DNA of 64,000 bases from Macrostomum lignano (taxonomy: Eukaryota), in contig NIVC01003098.1 in the NCBI GenBank assembly GCA_002269645.1, positions 55,489-119,488 on the forward strand. The letters are read 5' to 3'. A program made the translations under genes and the position numbers. Each line of letters starts with the position of its first letter. Within the stretch, counting starts at the first letter, position 1. A model generated the notes under the pieces. It saw nothing but the letters and a program-made list of their open reading frames with translations, made no database searches and was not told the origin of the DNA. Below are positions 13,746 to 26,311 of this stretch, piece after piece.

Positions 13746-14749
13746 AAAAAAAATATAAATTTGCCTAATTCTTCATACAAGGATAGATTCCAATTCCACC
13801 GGCTATCTATTCGCAGAAGTACCTGCCCATCCATATTTAAAGACTTGTAACCAATATCTATACAGTAGAGATCAATATCTATACAGTAGAGATTAATATC
13901 TATACAGTAGACACAGTGACAGGAAATTCAGTCTGAATTGGCAATAGCAAAAACGGTTTACAGCTCTATACTTAATTTTAATAAGTCCGGCGCGTAATAA
14001 ACTAACCAATGCAGCAGTAAGCGCTGTTTTAATAACTATAATTAGTATAGTTTACGCATGGATACAAATATATTCGTATTCAATCGCCGGCTTAAATTAA
14101 ACGTCGTTAAAGTGCAAGAAAAGTGTGAAGCACGCAGAGCGGGAGATTTAAAAACAATTAACTAAATTTTATAAATGAACAAACAAGAAACGACTGGATG
14201 GCAAAACTAAATGAGAGAACGCACGCACATGTTCCAAATCGTGAACCAACGGGGCCAGTACCATTGATTTAATAAGTTTTTTTTGGTTTCATTCTAGCTC
14301 TAGGCTGAAGAAGTTCGGGCCAGAGGGGTGCGGAAACCGTTTCAATGTACATTTAAAGTACATGATTACTGAGGTGTTGAAGGGCAGAGGGGTAAGGAAA
14401 CAATTTAATTGTCGATGCAATGTACATTCTTCCCAGAGAAGACTATGGTACGGAAAACAGTTTGAATTCTTATGTACATTCTTCGCGCAGGAGTAAGGTT
14501 AAAGGCCAGAGAGCTATATTTAGTCATCAGTGTACATTCTATCCCTGTGGTCGATGGGGTAGAGGTAAGATAGCCAATGTACATAGTTCTTCCGTACACT
14601 AAATTCAAATAAAAATTGTCGGCCCCGTTGTTCCCAAAAAAGGCGATTTGAAACAAAGAAAGCCCTAAATTAAAGCAATTCAGACGTTGCTATTCGTCCA
14701 CTAAGGAGGGAAGAGACAGTCAAAGACAGCCAGCGCTCCCAGCTGTTCA

Positions 14750-17700
14750 TCAGAGCTCCATGTCAACATCCTGCTGCTCCGAGTCGCTATAATCCGACAT
14801 TGAGCTCTCCTCTGAGGACATTGCGTCTGGCTGTTGATCACCGTCGCAGCCGCTGCCACCGCCAGCGGCCGAAGCCGCGGCCTCCGTGGCAAATCTGGAC
14901 ACGTACTCGCGCACCTTGCTACGATAGTCGTCTGGCTGGTGCAGGTAGAGCGAAGCGGCGTCCCCGTTCAGAGGGTCCATGGGATTGGGGTAGGCCAGCA
15001 GCTGGGGCAGGAACGACTCAAATATGTTGGTCAGGTCTGGCAATTGCGGAAGTGCGATTTTAATCGGGGTGTTTTTTTGTGGCACAGATCATTTTTGTGC
15101 AAAATTTCATTTTGTTCTTTTGAAGCATTGATTAGTTTTTAATATTCATGATGCTCCTCTCAAATTCATTTATTACACTTTTAGCAACAGCTAAACCCCT
15201 CTCCCAGACTATCGCTGTCACGCAACTCATAAGTTAGCAATGTTATTCGTGATTCCGTCACCCGCCGTGGCATCAGGAGTGTAACCAGAATCTTAGCCCC
15301 AGGATCGTAGCACCAGGATCTTAGCACGAGGATCTTAGCACCAGGATCTTAGCACGAGGATCTTAGCACCAGGATCGTAGCACCAGGATCTTAGCACCAG
15401 GATCCTAGCACGAGGATCGTAGCACGAGGATCTTAGCACCAGGATCGTAGCACCAGGATCGTAGCACCAGGATCTTAGCACCAGGATCGTAGCACCATGA
15501 TCGTAGCACCAGGATCGTAGCACGAGGATCTTAGCACCAGGATCTTAGCACCAGGATCTTAGTACCACGATTTCAGCACCAAGATCTTAGTACCAGGATC
15601 GTAGCACCAGGATCGTAGCACCAGGATCTTAGCACGAGGATCTTAGCACCAGGATCTTAGCACCAGGATCGTAGCACCAGGATCTTAGCACCAGGATCGT
15701 AGCACCAGGATCTTAGTACCAGGATCGTAGCACCAGGATCGTAGCACCAGGATCGTAGCACCAGGATCTTAGCACCAGGATCGTAGCACCAGGATCTTAG
15801 TACCAGGATCTTAGCACGAGGATCTTATCACCAGGATCTTAGTACCAGGATCTTAGCACCAGGATGGATCTTAGCACCAGGATCTTAGCACCAGGATCGT
15901 AGCACCAGGATCTTAGCACGAGGATCGTAGCACCAGGGGCGCCATACCAGGGGCGCCATACCAGGGGCGCCAGTACCAGGGGCGCCAGCACCAGGGGCGC
16001 CAGCACCAGAGGCGCCAGCACCAGAGGCGCCAGCACCAGAGGCGCCAGCACCAGAGGCGCCAGCACCAGAGGCGCCAGCACCAGAGGCGCCAGCACCAGA
16101 GGCGCCAGCACCAGAGGCGCCAGCACCAGGGGCGCCAGTACCAGGGGCGCCAGCACCAGGGGCGCCAGCACCAGGGGCGCCAGCACCAGGGGCGCCAGCA
16201 CCAGGGGCGCCAGCACCAGGGGCGCCAGCACCAGGGGCGCCAGCACCAGGGGCGCCAGCACCAGGGTAAAAGCTGTACTGTAAGGGGCTTCAAATACCGG
16301 TGGAGGGGCGGCTCCCCCTAATTTCACCCCTGCATGCGTGGCATCCTGATGACCAACCGATTATTGAACTCTTGGGACAGCTGAATCACTAATTGGCATG
16401 CTCAGCTTCTGTGCTGTCTAAGTTATGGGTGGGGGTTGCAGGCAGCTGTTGCTGAGACTTTACAGATAAACAGAGATCCAAAAATGCGTGTACACTAACA
16501 TTAAGTAATAATATCACCTGGTTAATTAACCCTTACATATTAAAATTGGCATCAACACTTTAAAAACGTGTTATATTTTCATTCAGCTCTAGAAGAAAGA
16601 CAAATATTAGGTGGGAACAAGAAAACATGTGCACTTACCATACAGAGCAGACCAGCTTTGGTTGATGACATCGAGGCAGACTGTGCCAGACCTACAGATA
16701 CATGCAGTGTAGAGAGACCTGTGGCATTTTTGTTATCTAATAAAACAAAAATAAAGTCAAGATTTTACTTACGCTTCATCAATGTTGGGATGAAATATTT
16801 TATTCATGAAGCCTGAAAAAAGTTATCAATTGGGTGTACTTTGAATTAAACTTTCAGTCTTGAGACACTAAATCAAAGAGGCTTATATTTTAAAACATAC
16901 CAATTGAAGGTGACTTGAATGGATATCGGTCGGGAAGATCCACACGAACTTTCCAGACTCCACCTTCATACAGAGCTAAAATTAGTGAATAATAATTGGC
17001 TCATAAACAAATCAATTCAATCAATTCAACACAAACATGGAAAAAGTACTCACTGTCAGCTGGTCCACAGAACTTAACCACAAATTCATTCAGTCCTCCA
17101 AGTATGGTCACCTCATGCTTACTCTCAATGCTTTTTGTGTTTATTGTATTATTTTGGTTAAGGAAAGTATTATCAATTTTTTTATAATCTCAAGTAGAAG
17201 AAATAATAAAGACAAAGATAACATTAGAAAAGCTCATGTAGATAAATTACAGTTGTGAGGAAATTCTATATTAGATTATATTATATTGGTAAATAAAAAA
17301 TTTTCTATTAGACTAATAAAATTAGGTTTGCTTTTAGAGGCAAAATAAAAACTAGGCCCTAGCCTAAAGTATCAATATTTCAGAGAAAAAATCAAACAAA
17401 AAGCATATTTCTAATGATCATATTGTATGAGCATGCTTTAAAAGAGAAAAGATAAATTTAGAATTAAAAAATTTGGGTCTTGGGAGACCTACTGAGTTTT
17501 TATTCTTACTCTGAAAGTATAAAATGCAAATCTAAAATAAGAATGATGCTTAGAATTCTAAATCTTTTAACATTGCTATAGCCAAATACTTTTGAGAAGA
17601 AAAAAAACATAGCATTATTTTCATTTTTGATGCATAGCATATTTCTATAATCATTTTTAACTGTCATTTACCTTAAAATTAAGAATTAAATATGAGTACA

Positions 17701-19073
17701 TGTTAGTTTATTCAATATATATAATAAACCCTTAAAAATCTTTGAAAGCTAACAATACTTAGTATCAATTAAAACTTCCTTAAATTCTTCTACTACAAAT
17801 TAACAAATAAAGCTCGTATAGTACTATACCTTTTTGCTTCCTTGTTTTTACTTCATCCAATTTGGTGCATTGCAAATAAGCCTAGCAGAAGTCATTTCAC
17901 CATAGACTAAGAACTGAAGTCACCAAGCAATTTGTTTTTTTGCAACCAATTTGGTTTATTTCATGTCACATATACATTCACTATCCTCTCTCTGTCCACC
18001 AGACAGATTTTGGTGTATGGTCCTCTCTGTGCCATTCTTTGCTTTAGCTATGCCTTCTAGCTATGGCCCAAATTGCTTGCAGTTAAAACCAAATTGATTT
18101 CTGTTATCTATGGCTTTCTATGGTTTGTCTATGCAGAATCTCTATTATGCTGCCTGTTAGACTGCTGACGGCCACGCATCAATTTGAATGATGAAAAAAC
18201 CAAATAGGAAGCAAAAAGGTATAGTACTTAGTATAAATAAAATTACATTTATAAGATTATACTTCAAAATTAATTAAAATTACTTCAATTGTTATAATAC
18301 ATTGACATTAAGATATTTCATTATTGAAATTTGATTGGTAAGACAGGTAAGTAGGAATTAGAAACAATTAAGTGATAACTATTAACAGTGTAGGACCAAG
18401 ACCGCCACACACCAAGACCGCCACACTTGGGGGAGATAGGAGGGAGGAATTTGGCTCGCCATGTTATTGGATAAGGCTGAGGCTGAGGAGGGGTAAGATA
18501 GGGAGAGCCAGCAAGACAAGGCCACAAGAGAGGAACTGGTAAGCAGGCTAGCCTGGCTAGGTAGGTGAGTGAGCCAGGCTCCTTGTTTTTTTTCATTTAA
18601 TTTGAATTGTTAAAATTGCCCTGGTTGACTTGCAATCATTTTGGGCCACTTATTCATCTTATTAGTGACCAATCTTAGGACACTTCCTCCTCATCTAACT
18701 TCACAACCCATCATAACCAATAGCAATGCTGGAAGATTGGTAGCTTCCCCTCAATTCCAATAGTCAGTAAGAGCTGTGGCGGTCTTGGTATGTGGCGGTC
18801 TTGGTCATGCGCCCTATTAACAACAACAATTAAGTGACAATTAAGTGACGTAAGTGACGTAAGTGACGAGTGACGATTGTGACAATTAAGAAACAATTAA
18901 GTGATACTATAAGTGGACATTAGTAAAGTGAAAAAATTATTATTTAATTAATACAATCCAGTTATGACTATTACATTTAGGAGGATCATATGCGCAACCA
19001 AGTTCTTATTAAAAGGATACAGTTTCACAACGTCTGTGTCCATGCGTCTTTTTCCTGGTGTTGGGGACGACAT
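14750..19073 (-). CDS. UBE2H: Ubiquitin-conjugating enzyme E2 H (6 coding exons, 194 aa)
   Basis: Exons (minus): 19073-19021 ([17 protein letters not shown]), 17130-17054 ([26 protein letters not shown]), 16975-16901 ([25 protein letters not shown]), 16812-16773 ([14 protein letters not shown]), 16691-16639 ([17 protein letters not shown], catalytic Cys), 15036-14750 ([28 protein letters not shown]...[18 protein letters not shown]). Phases are consistent; 585 nt total. Confidence 0.96.
15283..16264. repeat. Compound 14-bp and 15-bp minisatellite in UBE2H intron 5
   Basis: AGCACCAGGATC(T/G)T from 15283 to ~15930, then AGCACCAG(G/A)GGCGCC to 16264. Confidence 0.95.
17820..18228. mobile_element. 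MITE-like element with 23-bp TIR inside the UBE2H U12 intron
   Basis: AGTACTATACCTTTTTGCTTCCT (17820-17842) and its exact reverse complement (18206-18228). Confidence 0.65.
18388..18813. mobile_element. Non-autonomous TIR element with 9-bp TSD (Mutator-like) inside the UBE2H U12 intron
   Basis: 32-bp inverted arms, each made of two ACCAAGACCGCCACA units (18394-18425 vs 18775-18806, 1 mismatch). Flanked by direct repeat CTATTAACA (18379-18387 and 18814-18822). Confidence 0.65.
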
Positions 19074-21232
19074 TTTACTGGTGATCAAAGGTTTCCTTAA
19101 TTGAAGTACTAGTACTAATGAATCAAATTAATAGTTCTACGATAAAAATTGCTTTGCATTCTGCGAACAGTTCTTTGGGTTCCCATCTCTAAGGTTGAAT
19201 CAGCTGATTTGTATTATAGTATTTAAAATGAATAAAACTAAAAAACTAGAACTAAAAACTTTAATCCACATTGCAAATTACCTAAAAGCAGTACACTGGT
19301 CCTATTGAAATCAGATCGTTTTACTAAATTTGTTAAAACGAAGAAAATGCGCGAAAATTCCTCGATAATATCGTTACGAAAAGCCAGATTTTGGCCCGTG
19401 AGGCGCCCAATGCGCCCGTATAAAGTTGTAAAGTTATTAATTAGTTAAAGAAATTTAATGGAAATTGATATAATGAAATTATTTATAGAATTTGATCGTA
19501 TGATTGTGTAAAAGACAAATATTTAAGCGTCGTTTAATAATTCCGATGCTATCTTCTGCTGAGTACAGAAGACAATTATAGCTTCGATTTTCTGTACAGG
19601 AGTACATGTATAAAGATGTATTCTGAAAGTATCTACGTATGTTTTTAACTATATGCGTGATGCGTCCAAAGAATCGTTTTCGGACAGTTGTGTTGAACTA
19701 TTTCAGTACTGCCTCTGAGTTTTTCGAAAAGCTGGCGTGCGTTAGAGTTATCAAGCAATTTTTCTCCGCATTTCTACCAAAAATGATAAGCTATGTTAAA
19801 GATTTAGAAAATCGGCTCTTTTTTCTTTCTTTTGACCTATAAGTTGCGTTCATTTATTTTTCATAATTTTGTAGTTTGGTCAGCAGACATGCATGTTCAA
19901 GAAAACAAACAGTGCTTCGATAAAAAAGACAGCTAGACTTTAATATTTTACTCACCAAGGATCACGAGCATGACTTCATTAGCAAGATTCTTTATTCATT
20001 TTTTAGCTCTCTCTGTGATTATTACATTCTCTTTTTCATATAAATGAGCACTAGGACCTAAAACCCAATGCGAAAAAAAACTAAGATTGGGCTTATATTC
20101 TTTTGACCTCCACTTTAATTATGATCGACGGCTATAAAACCCTATCAAATGTATGGCACACACACAGCTTACTAAATTCAAGAAAATTCTGATACGAGCG
20201 ATCGAAGTCTGAAAAAAACAGTGGCCTGCAGTACTTCCCTAAGCCCTCCCCCACCCCTAGAATCTCAATCTCGGCATGCCAACTCGATAGGCAAGACAGA
20301 CTGGCCCAGCGCCCGTGTCCAGCTGATTGATGGCTCGGCCATGGTCTGCCAGTACATGTATATACAGGGATCGGGAGCCATTATACATTCTCCCTAGCTG
20401 GGGGATTCCCGCCGGGGGATAAAGCGAGAGAGAGAGAGAGAGAGACGAGCGGGGGAGGATAAAAGCTGCAGTTGGTTTATGAAAAAAAGATTCCCAAGCT
20501 GCTGCTCCCAAAGGATCTGAAAAGGCCGTCGAATTGGAGAGTGCAGGGAAGGGATTTGGCCTCCAACGGGAGTTGCCCTGGTGTATCACCTCCTGATCGC
20601 GCGGCAACAAGAAGTTCCCTTTCACCCCCGCTGGGCCGGACCGGCCCTCAATAAACCCAAAAACGAAAGATTGGATCCCTCGACTAGCATTGCCGGTCAC
20701 GAGCCCTGGCGTGAATTATATTGCATGGCATGCCCCCTCAACAGTTGGGAGCAAATCGGTCAGCTCACTAAAGCCACGGTTGACCTGCCGGCCGCTCGGA
20801 TGCGAAAATGATAAATTAGCCAGTATGGGTTCGAATGAATTATTTTGAAATCGACTTTTACAGAATTTTTATTACTATATATAAACTGCTTTCACAAATC
20901 GAGCTTAAGCGAAATCGAACAACACTTATTTGTCATGCAATTGCTTTACTGTGAGGGCAGACAACATCTGGAAAATTCGTATATGATTTGTACATGACCT
21001 TTTTTAGAATTTGGATTGCAGCGGCGAAAAAAATATTGATTGGAATATTTACATTACTTTTTAAAGCTTTCCACGTAGGAGTGGATGTCTCGCTCACCTA
21101 TGTAGACTGCTATTCGAAAGCGTTTGGAAACTTCCAACAAAATTTGAACGAAATTTCAAAGTCAACCGCAAGCGCTACAGGACTCAATTCTGTTGGAATC
21201 TTTGGAGCTTGACTCCTGAACGATTGCCTGTG

Positions 21233-21595
21233 CCCTACTCTACCACCGATGTTATTCTGCACCCTACTCTACCACTGATGTTATTCTGCACCCTACTCTA
21301 CCACCGATGTTATTCTGCACCCTACTCTACCACTGATGTTATTCTGCACCCTACTCTACCACCGATGTTATTCTGCACCCTACTCTACCACCGATGTTAT
21401 TCTGCACCCTACTCTACCACTGATGTTATTCTGCACCCTACTCTACCACCGATGTTATTCTGCACCCTACTCTACCACTGATGTTATTCTGCACCCTACT
21501 CTACCACCGATGTTATTCTGCACCCTACTCTACCACTGATGTTATTCTGCACCCTACTCTACACCTGAACCTCATCTGCACCCTGCTCTACCACA
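21233..21595. repeat. 29-bp minisatellite
   Basis: Unit GATGTTATTCTGCACCCTACTCTACCAC(C/T), ~12 copies. Confidence 0.95.
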
Positions 21596-21790
21596 GTACT
21601 TTACTCTAATTACTTCTGAACCTCATTAACGCCACTCTATTGAAGCTTCAAGTACCTTATTGACAATGTAACCAAATTTTATTCTAAATGACCTCTACAT
21701 GCGCCTGAACTTTTCAAAGTGTTAAAAACAGTGCAATCAAAAAATAAAAATACGCCACTCCGAAGATCGTTGCATGAGTCAGCTAAGCGA

Positions 21791-23383
21791 CTACGCAGAT
21801 TCCTCAGGCGGCAGATTCTCTGACTCCGACGGCCCCTCATCAGCAAATGCAGTCGCTTTCGGGCTGGCCGGAGTCAGCGTCACCGCCGGGTGCACCGTCC
21901 GCCAGATGTTCGGGTCGGAGCGGAAACAGCAATACACGGAGTCGCAGGGCGGCAGTTCCGTCGAAGCCGGGAAAATTGCCGCCGCTGAATTCGATGCGCC
22001 AGCGCAGGCGCCGGTGGCATCGTCGGTGGCCTCGTCGGCGACGACACGGACAACTGCCACGGTCGGTGGTAGAAGCGGCCGGCTGTAGCGCCTGGCGGAG
22101 CCATTCTCCACGATAGACAGGCGGCCGGGCACCAGGCTGAGTCTGGCGCCTGCGGCCGCGGTGGCGTGACTGCTGCTGCTGCTTTTGCGCTTGCCGCCTC
22201 GATTGTTGCCCCACACGTGGCGCACGTACACCTGCGCGTGCCGGGTGGGTGACGGTTGGAAGGAGTCTATGTTAGCTTGTACTTTATTTCCTATGCACAT
22301 TGAATCAGTGCACATGCGAACAAAGTCTAGTATTTGCACGTTGTAACATTCTAGCGTGGGTGGCTGTTTTAAAGGGGCAGGAGTGGGGTGGCTGTTTTAA
22401 AGGGGCAGGAGTGGGGTGGCTGTTTTAAAGGGGCAGGAGTGGGGTGGCTGTTTTAAAGGGGCAGGAGTGGGGTGGCTGTTTTAAAGGGGCAGGAGTGGGG
22501 TGGCTGTTTTAAAGGGGCAGGAGTGGGGTGGCTGTTTTAAAAAGGTAGGAGTGGGGTGGCTGTTTAAGAATGGGCAAAAGTGGGGTGACTGTTTTAAAGG
22601 GGCAGGAGTGTGGTGGCTGTTTTAAAGGGGCAGGAGTGTGGTGGCTGTTTTAAAGGGGCAGGATTGTGGTGGCTGTTTTAAAGGAGCAGGAGTGGGGGGC
22701 TGTTTTAAAAGGGCAGGAGTGGGGTGTGGGGTTGCTGTTTTAAAGGGGGAGGAGTGGGGTGGCTGTTTTAAAGGGCAGAAGTGGGGGGTGTGGGGTGGCT
22801 GTTTTAAAGTGGCACGAGTGGGGTGGCTGACGCAATGGGGGATAGGGAGGGTGTGAGGTGTCTGTTCTAAAGGGTAGGCGTGGGACTTCAACGTGTCTTC
22901 AAGTGCTCAAAAGGCACTAGAAATGCTGAGTCTGACATTGAAAAGTTCAAATTCAGATTGAGTGTTAACAAAGAAGCAAAGCAACCGGACCTCCTTCCTG
23001 TACATGGAGTGCCTGGTCTTGTACAGCCCGACATCCACGTAGCTGAATCGGCCCCGCTGCCTCCGGCAAGCGCAAACTAGAAGGCGCAGCAAGCTGTTCT
23101 GCGCGGCCGTTGGCAGGGCCATGCTGCAGATCATGGCCAGCAGCAGTAGCGAGAAGAATGTCACGAGGCCGGTCAGCAGCGGCTGGTTCGCCTGGCCGGG
23201 ACAGCCGGCCACGGCCTCGGCCTGGGTGCCATTGCACAGCTCCGGCGAGGGTAGAGACGGGCGCATCGCCGGTTGGTCGGCCTCCTCTGGACCGTGGCCC
23301 TGCAGGATCTGGCAGCGAGAGCTGGATACGGCCAGTAGAAGCAGAGTCTGCAACAGCTGCAGCAGCAATCGCGGCAGAGTCAT
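21791..23383 (-). CDS. Uncharacterised type I single-pass membrane protein (2 exons, 277 aa)
   Basis: Exon 1 23383-22991: hydrophobic signal (MTLPRLLLQLLQTLLLLAVSS), short ectodomain with an NGT sequon, TM (LLTGLVTFFSLLLLAMICSMAL), basic juxtamembrane stretch; donor GAG|GTCCGG. Exon 2 22231-21791 follows acceptor ACGCGCAG|GTG in phase 0. Both exons are GC-rich against an AT-rich background. Candidate AATAAA at 21683-21678. No family recognised. Confidence 0.7.
22359..22830. repeat. 28-bp G-rich minisatellite in the TM-protein intron
   Basis: Unit GGCTGTTTTAAAGGGGCAGGAGTGGGGT, degenerating towards 22830. Confidence 0.92.
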
Positions 23384-24199
23384 TCTGTACGGCAGAGTGC
23401 GCTCTGATTTCAGAATAAATCTCTTTTAGTGACTCGGCGGTCGGGGCAGCCAGTCGACTGGGATTGGCTGCAGCTCGCTGGTTCTCGCTGGCTGCGGAAT
23501 ATTTAGAGCGCCTACAAATCTAGGCGATAAAATATCTGCCAGCTCCAGACTACTGTTAGCGTATATGTTGGTTTTGATTGCTAAGTTTAGAACGAAGAAT
23601 TTTTCTAATGCAAACGGTAATACAAATGGGAAATTTCTGGGTGGGCTCTCAGTGAAGGGAAGGTTGGTAGCTGGTAATTTTTCAATCAAGTACTCGTAGG
23701 AGGAATTTACTCGATGTTTGTACTATTTGAGGTGTATCCCTGACTGCAGGTTGCTCAACACCAGCTCACCAGAGCATTGATAAATGACAGACTGAACGGC
23801 ATTCCACTGGTGCCTTTAGAAGATAATAATAATCATTATATCCCTAAATTCCAGTTATCTGTCGGTCGCAGACGCTCATGCGACACGGACAAGAGCTCAG
23901 CCCACGCATATTTAACTGCACTGCCGCACGGTCTGCACAGATGGCAACAGTAAAAATAAATGAGAACAGGGACTCAATCATGAGCTCTGTCTTGCTGCTT
24001 CACTCTTGCTTATGAAAATAAAGCAATCTACTCGTAGTTAGTTGCAAATGAAACTAAGTTAAAGTACATTTTCGCTCGAATATCATTAATACCGTAGAAT
24101 GAATAGAGGTTTTATAAATCAGTATTGAATGGACGTTGCTAAGATATTTATGCCTAATATCAATGCAGAAAATTATTTGTACTGCGCTGACTGCTGAAA

Positions 24200-24606
24200 A
24201 CCTTTCCTGACTCTTTCCTGACCCTTTCTTGACCCTTTCCTGGTCCTTTCCTGGTCCTTTCCTGGTCCTTTCCTGGTCCTTTCCTGGTCCTTTCCTGGTC
24301 CTTTCCTGGTCCTTTCCTGGTCCTTTCCTGCTCCTTTCCTGGTTCTTTAATGGTCCTTTCCTGTTCCTTTCCTGGTCCTTTCCTGGTCCTTTCCTGGTCC
24401 TTTCCTGGTCCTTTCCTGGTCCTTTCCTGGTCCTTTCCTGGTCCTTTCCTGGTCCTTTCCTGCTCCTTTCCTGGTTCTTTAATGGTCCTTTCCTGTTCCT
24501 TTCCTGGTCCTTTCCTGGTCCTTTCCTGGTCCTTTCCTGATCCTTTCCTGGTCCTTTCCTGGTCCTTTCCTGGTCTTTTCCTCGTCTTTCCTGGTCCTTT
24601 CCTGGT
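24200..24606. repeat. 11-bp minisatellite with 132-bp higher-order period
   Basis: Unit CTTTCCTGGTC; the variant TTTAATGG recurs at ~24347 and ~24479. Confidence 0.95.
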
Positions 24607-24696
24607 CCGTTCATTTTTTTTTTATTAGAGGCAGGGGGGTTGTGTGCACCTTGGCGCACTTTAAGCGACATAGGCACACAACCGGCGAGAGGCATT

Positions 24697-24973
24697 ACTG
24701 CCCATTCCGCCGACTCCCCTGAGCAGGCACACAAGCGCGCGGATACGTACGCAGGCACACACTCACACAGGAGTGTACAGCGGCCCTAACTTTATATTAT
24801 CGTTAGGCATGTACACTTCACTGTGCCTTGGGTTTGGCTCTCAAGGCCGTTAATTGCACGAGCAGAGCCAAGCCGAGATTCCAATTCAGCCCCGAATTAA
24901 TGTGACTGCACTTGTAATCGAGCCTGGGTCGCTGGCACACCAGAGCCTGCGCTAGACCGCTGGGCTACGGCCC
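24697..24973 (-). mobile_element. tRNA-derived SINE, copy 1
   Basis: Minus-strand head GGGCCGTAGCCCAGCGGTCTAGCGC...CCAGGCTCGATTAC carries A-box and B-box-like motifs. The body is shared with 32076-32273, 44284-44538 and 50350-50540. Confidence 0.75.
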
Positions 24974-25544
24974 CCCTCTGATCCGTTCATGGCCCCTCAC
25001 TAATCCTTCCCGGTCCTTGGGTTTGGGAATCCTTTCGAAGGAAGGTATACCTTTCTTCCTTCCAAAGATTCGGGAATCTTTGGGTTTGGGAATCCTTCCC
25101 AAACCCAAAGAGATTCAGCAAACCGGAATCTGTGATCTCCAATGCCTCATCGACTAACATATTTTGCCCAACTTTTAGTCCAATGTTTAACAAACCCAAT
25201 AACTTAATAACTCATCTATAGTGCAAGGCGGGTTAATACAATTTCCGGCCGTGACCAACACAATGCATTGGTTGGCGCAGCACAGCTTCCATCTGGCTTA
25301 AATGCACCGGCCACGTCCTCTATATTTAGCCATTTGTTAATTACTTTTTACTTAAAGCCGCATGCGCCAACTACTAACAGGGAGAGTTATAGGGGATTAG
25401 GATTAGGGGAGGGGCTGGACTATGTTAAGTTAGAGCTGTTTGCCAGAGCTGTACAATGCGGTTTATGATGATGAAGAGATGGGTGTCACGGAGTAGCTAT
25501 CGTAAAAGAGGATCATTGTGAGCTGTATGGAGGGCCATGGCCAG

Positions 25545-25755
25545 TATCATGGAGGGAATCATGATGGGAATCATGATGGGTATCATAACGGGAATCATGA
25601 TGGGTATCATGATGGGAATCATGATGGGTATCATAACGGGAATCATGATGGGTATCATGATGGGAATCATGATGGGTATCATAACGGGAATCATGATGGG
25701 TATCATAACGGGAATCATGATGGGTATCATGATGGGTATCATGGCGGAAACCATG
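25545..25755. repeat. 12-bp minisatellite
   Basis: Units (A/T)ATCATGATGGG and TATCATAACGGG. Confidence 0.93.
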
Positions 25756-26145
25756 GCGAATTTCAGAAGTACAATGTTTAATTTATGAAATCTGCTCGCA
25801 CTTACTACACGAAGTGAGGCACTCACTAACAATAGAAGCCGAAAATTTTTCTCTTTGCTGCTCCGCCAAAAGAAGCAACGCAAGCAATTGCCGAAATATT
25901 CTTCTAGCCGGGCGATCAAAAAGTTGGGGAGGTTTTTTGATCAAATAATTCACCTTGGGCAGGTGTTTGGCGCGGGTTGTCAGGACTGGGGCGAGTTTTG
26001 GGTTTGTTGGCAAATATATTCTGGATTTTTCATGCGCCGGCTCTCCTGGCCTCCCCTGCCCTCCTAAGCTGCTCTCTGATTGGCAAATTCTCTTCACTCA
26101 CTGCAACCGTTCTGGGCCTGGTTGCCAACCTTCTCTCCTCATTCC

Positions 26146-26311
<166 letters not shown>

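Larger units (their letters stand above)
17131..19020 (-). other. U12-type (minor spliceosome) GT-AG intron, UBE2H intron 1
   Basis: 5' splice site CT|GTATCCTTTT at 19020 and branch site TTTCCTTAAC at 17166-17157. There is no polypyrimidine tract (A-rich ...AATAAACACAAAAAG|C), and the splice restores the conserved KL-IESK frame. Confidence 0.93.
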
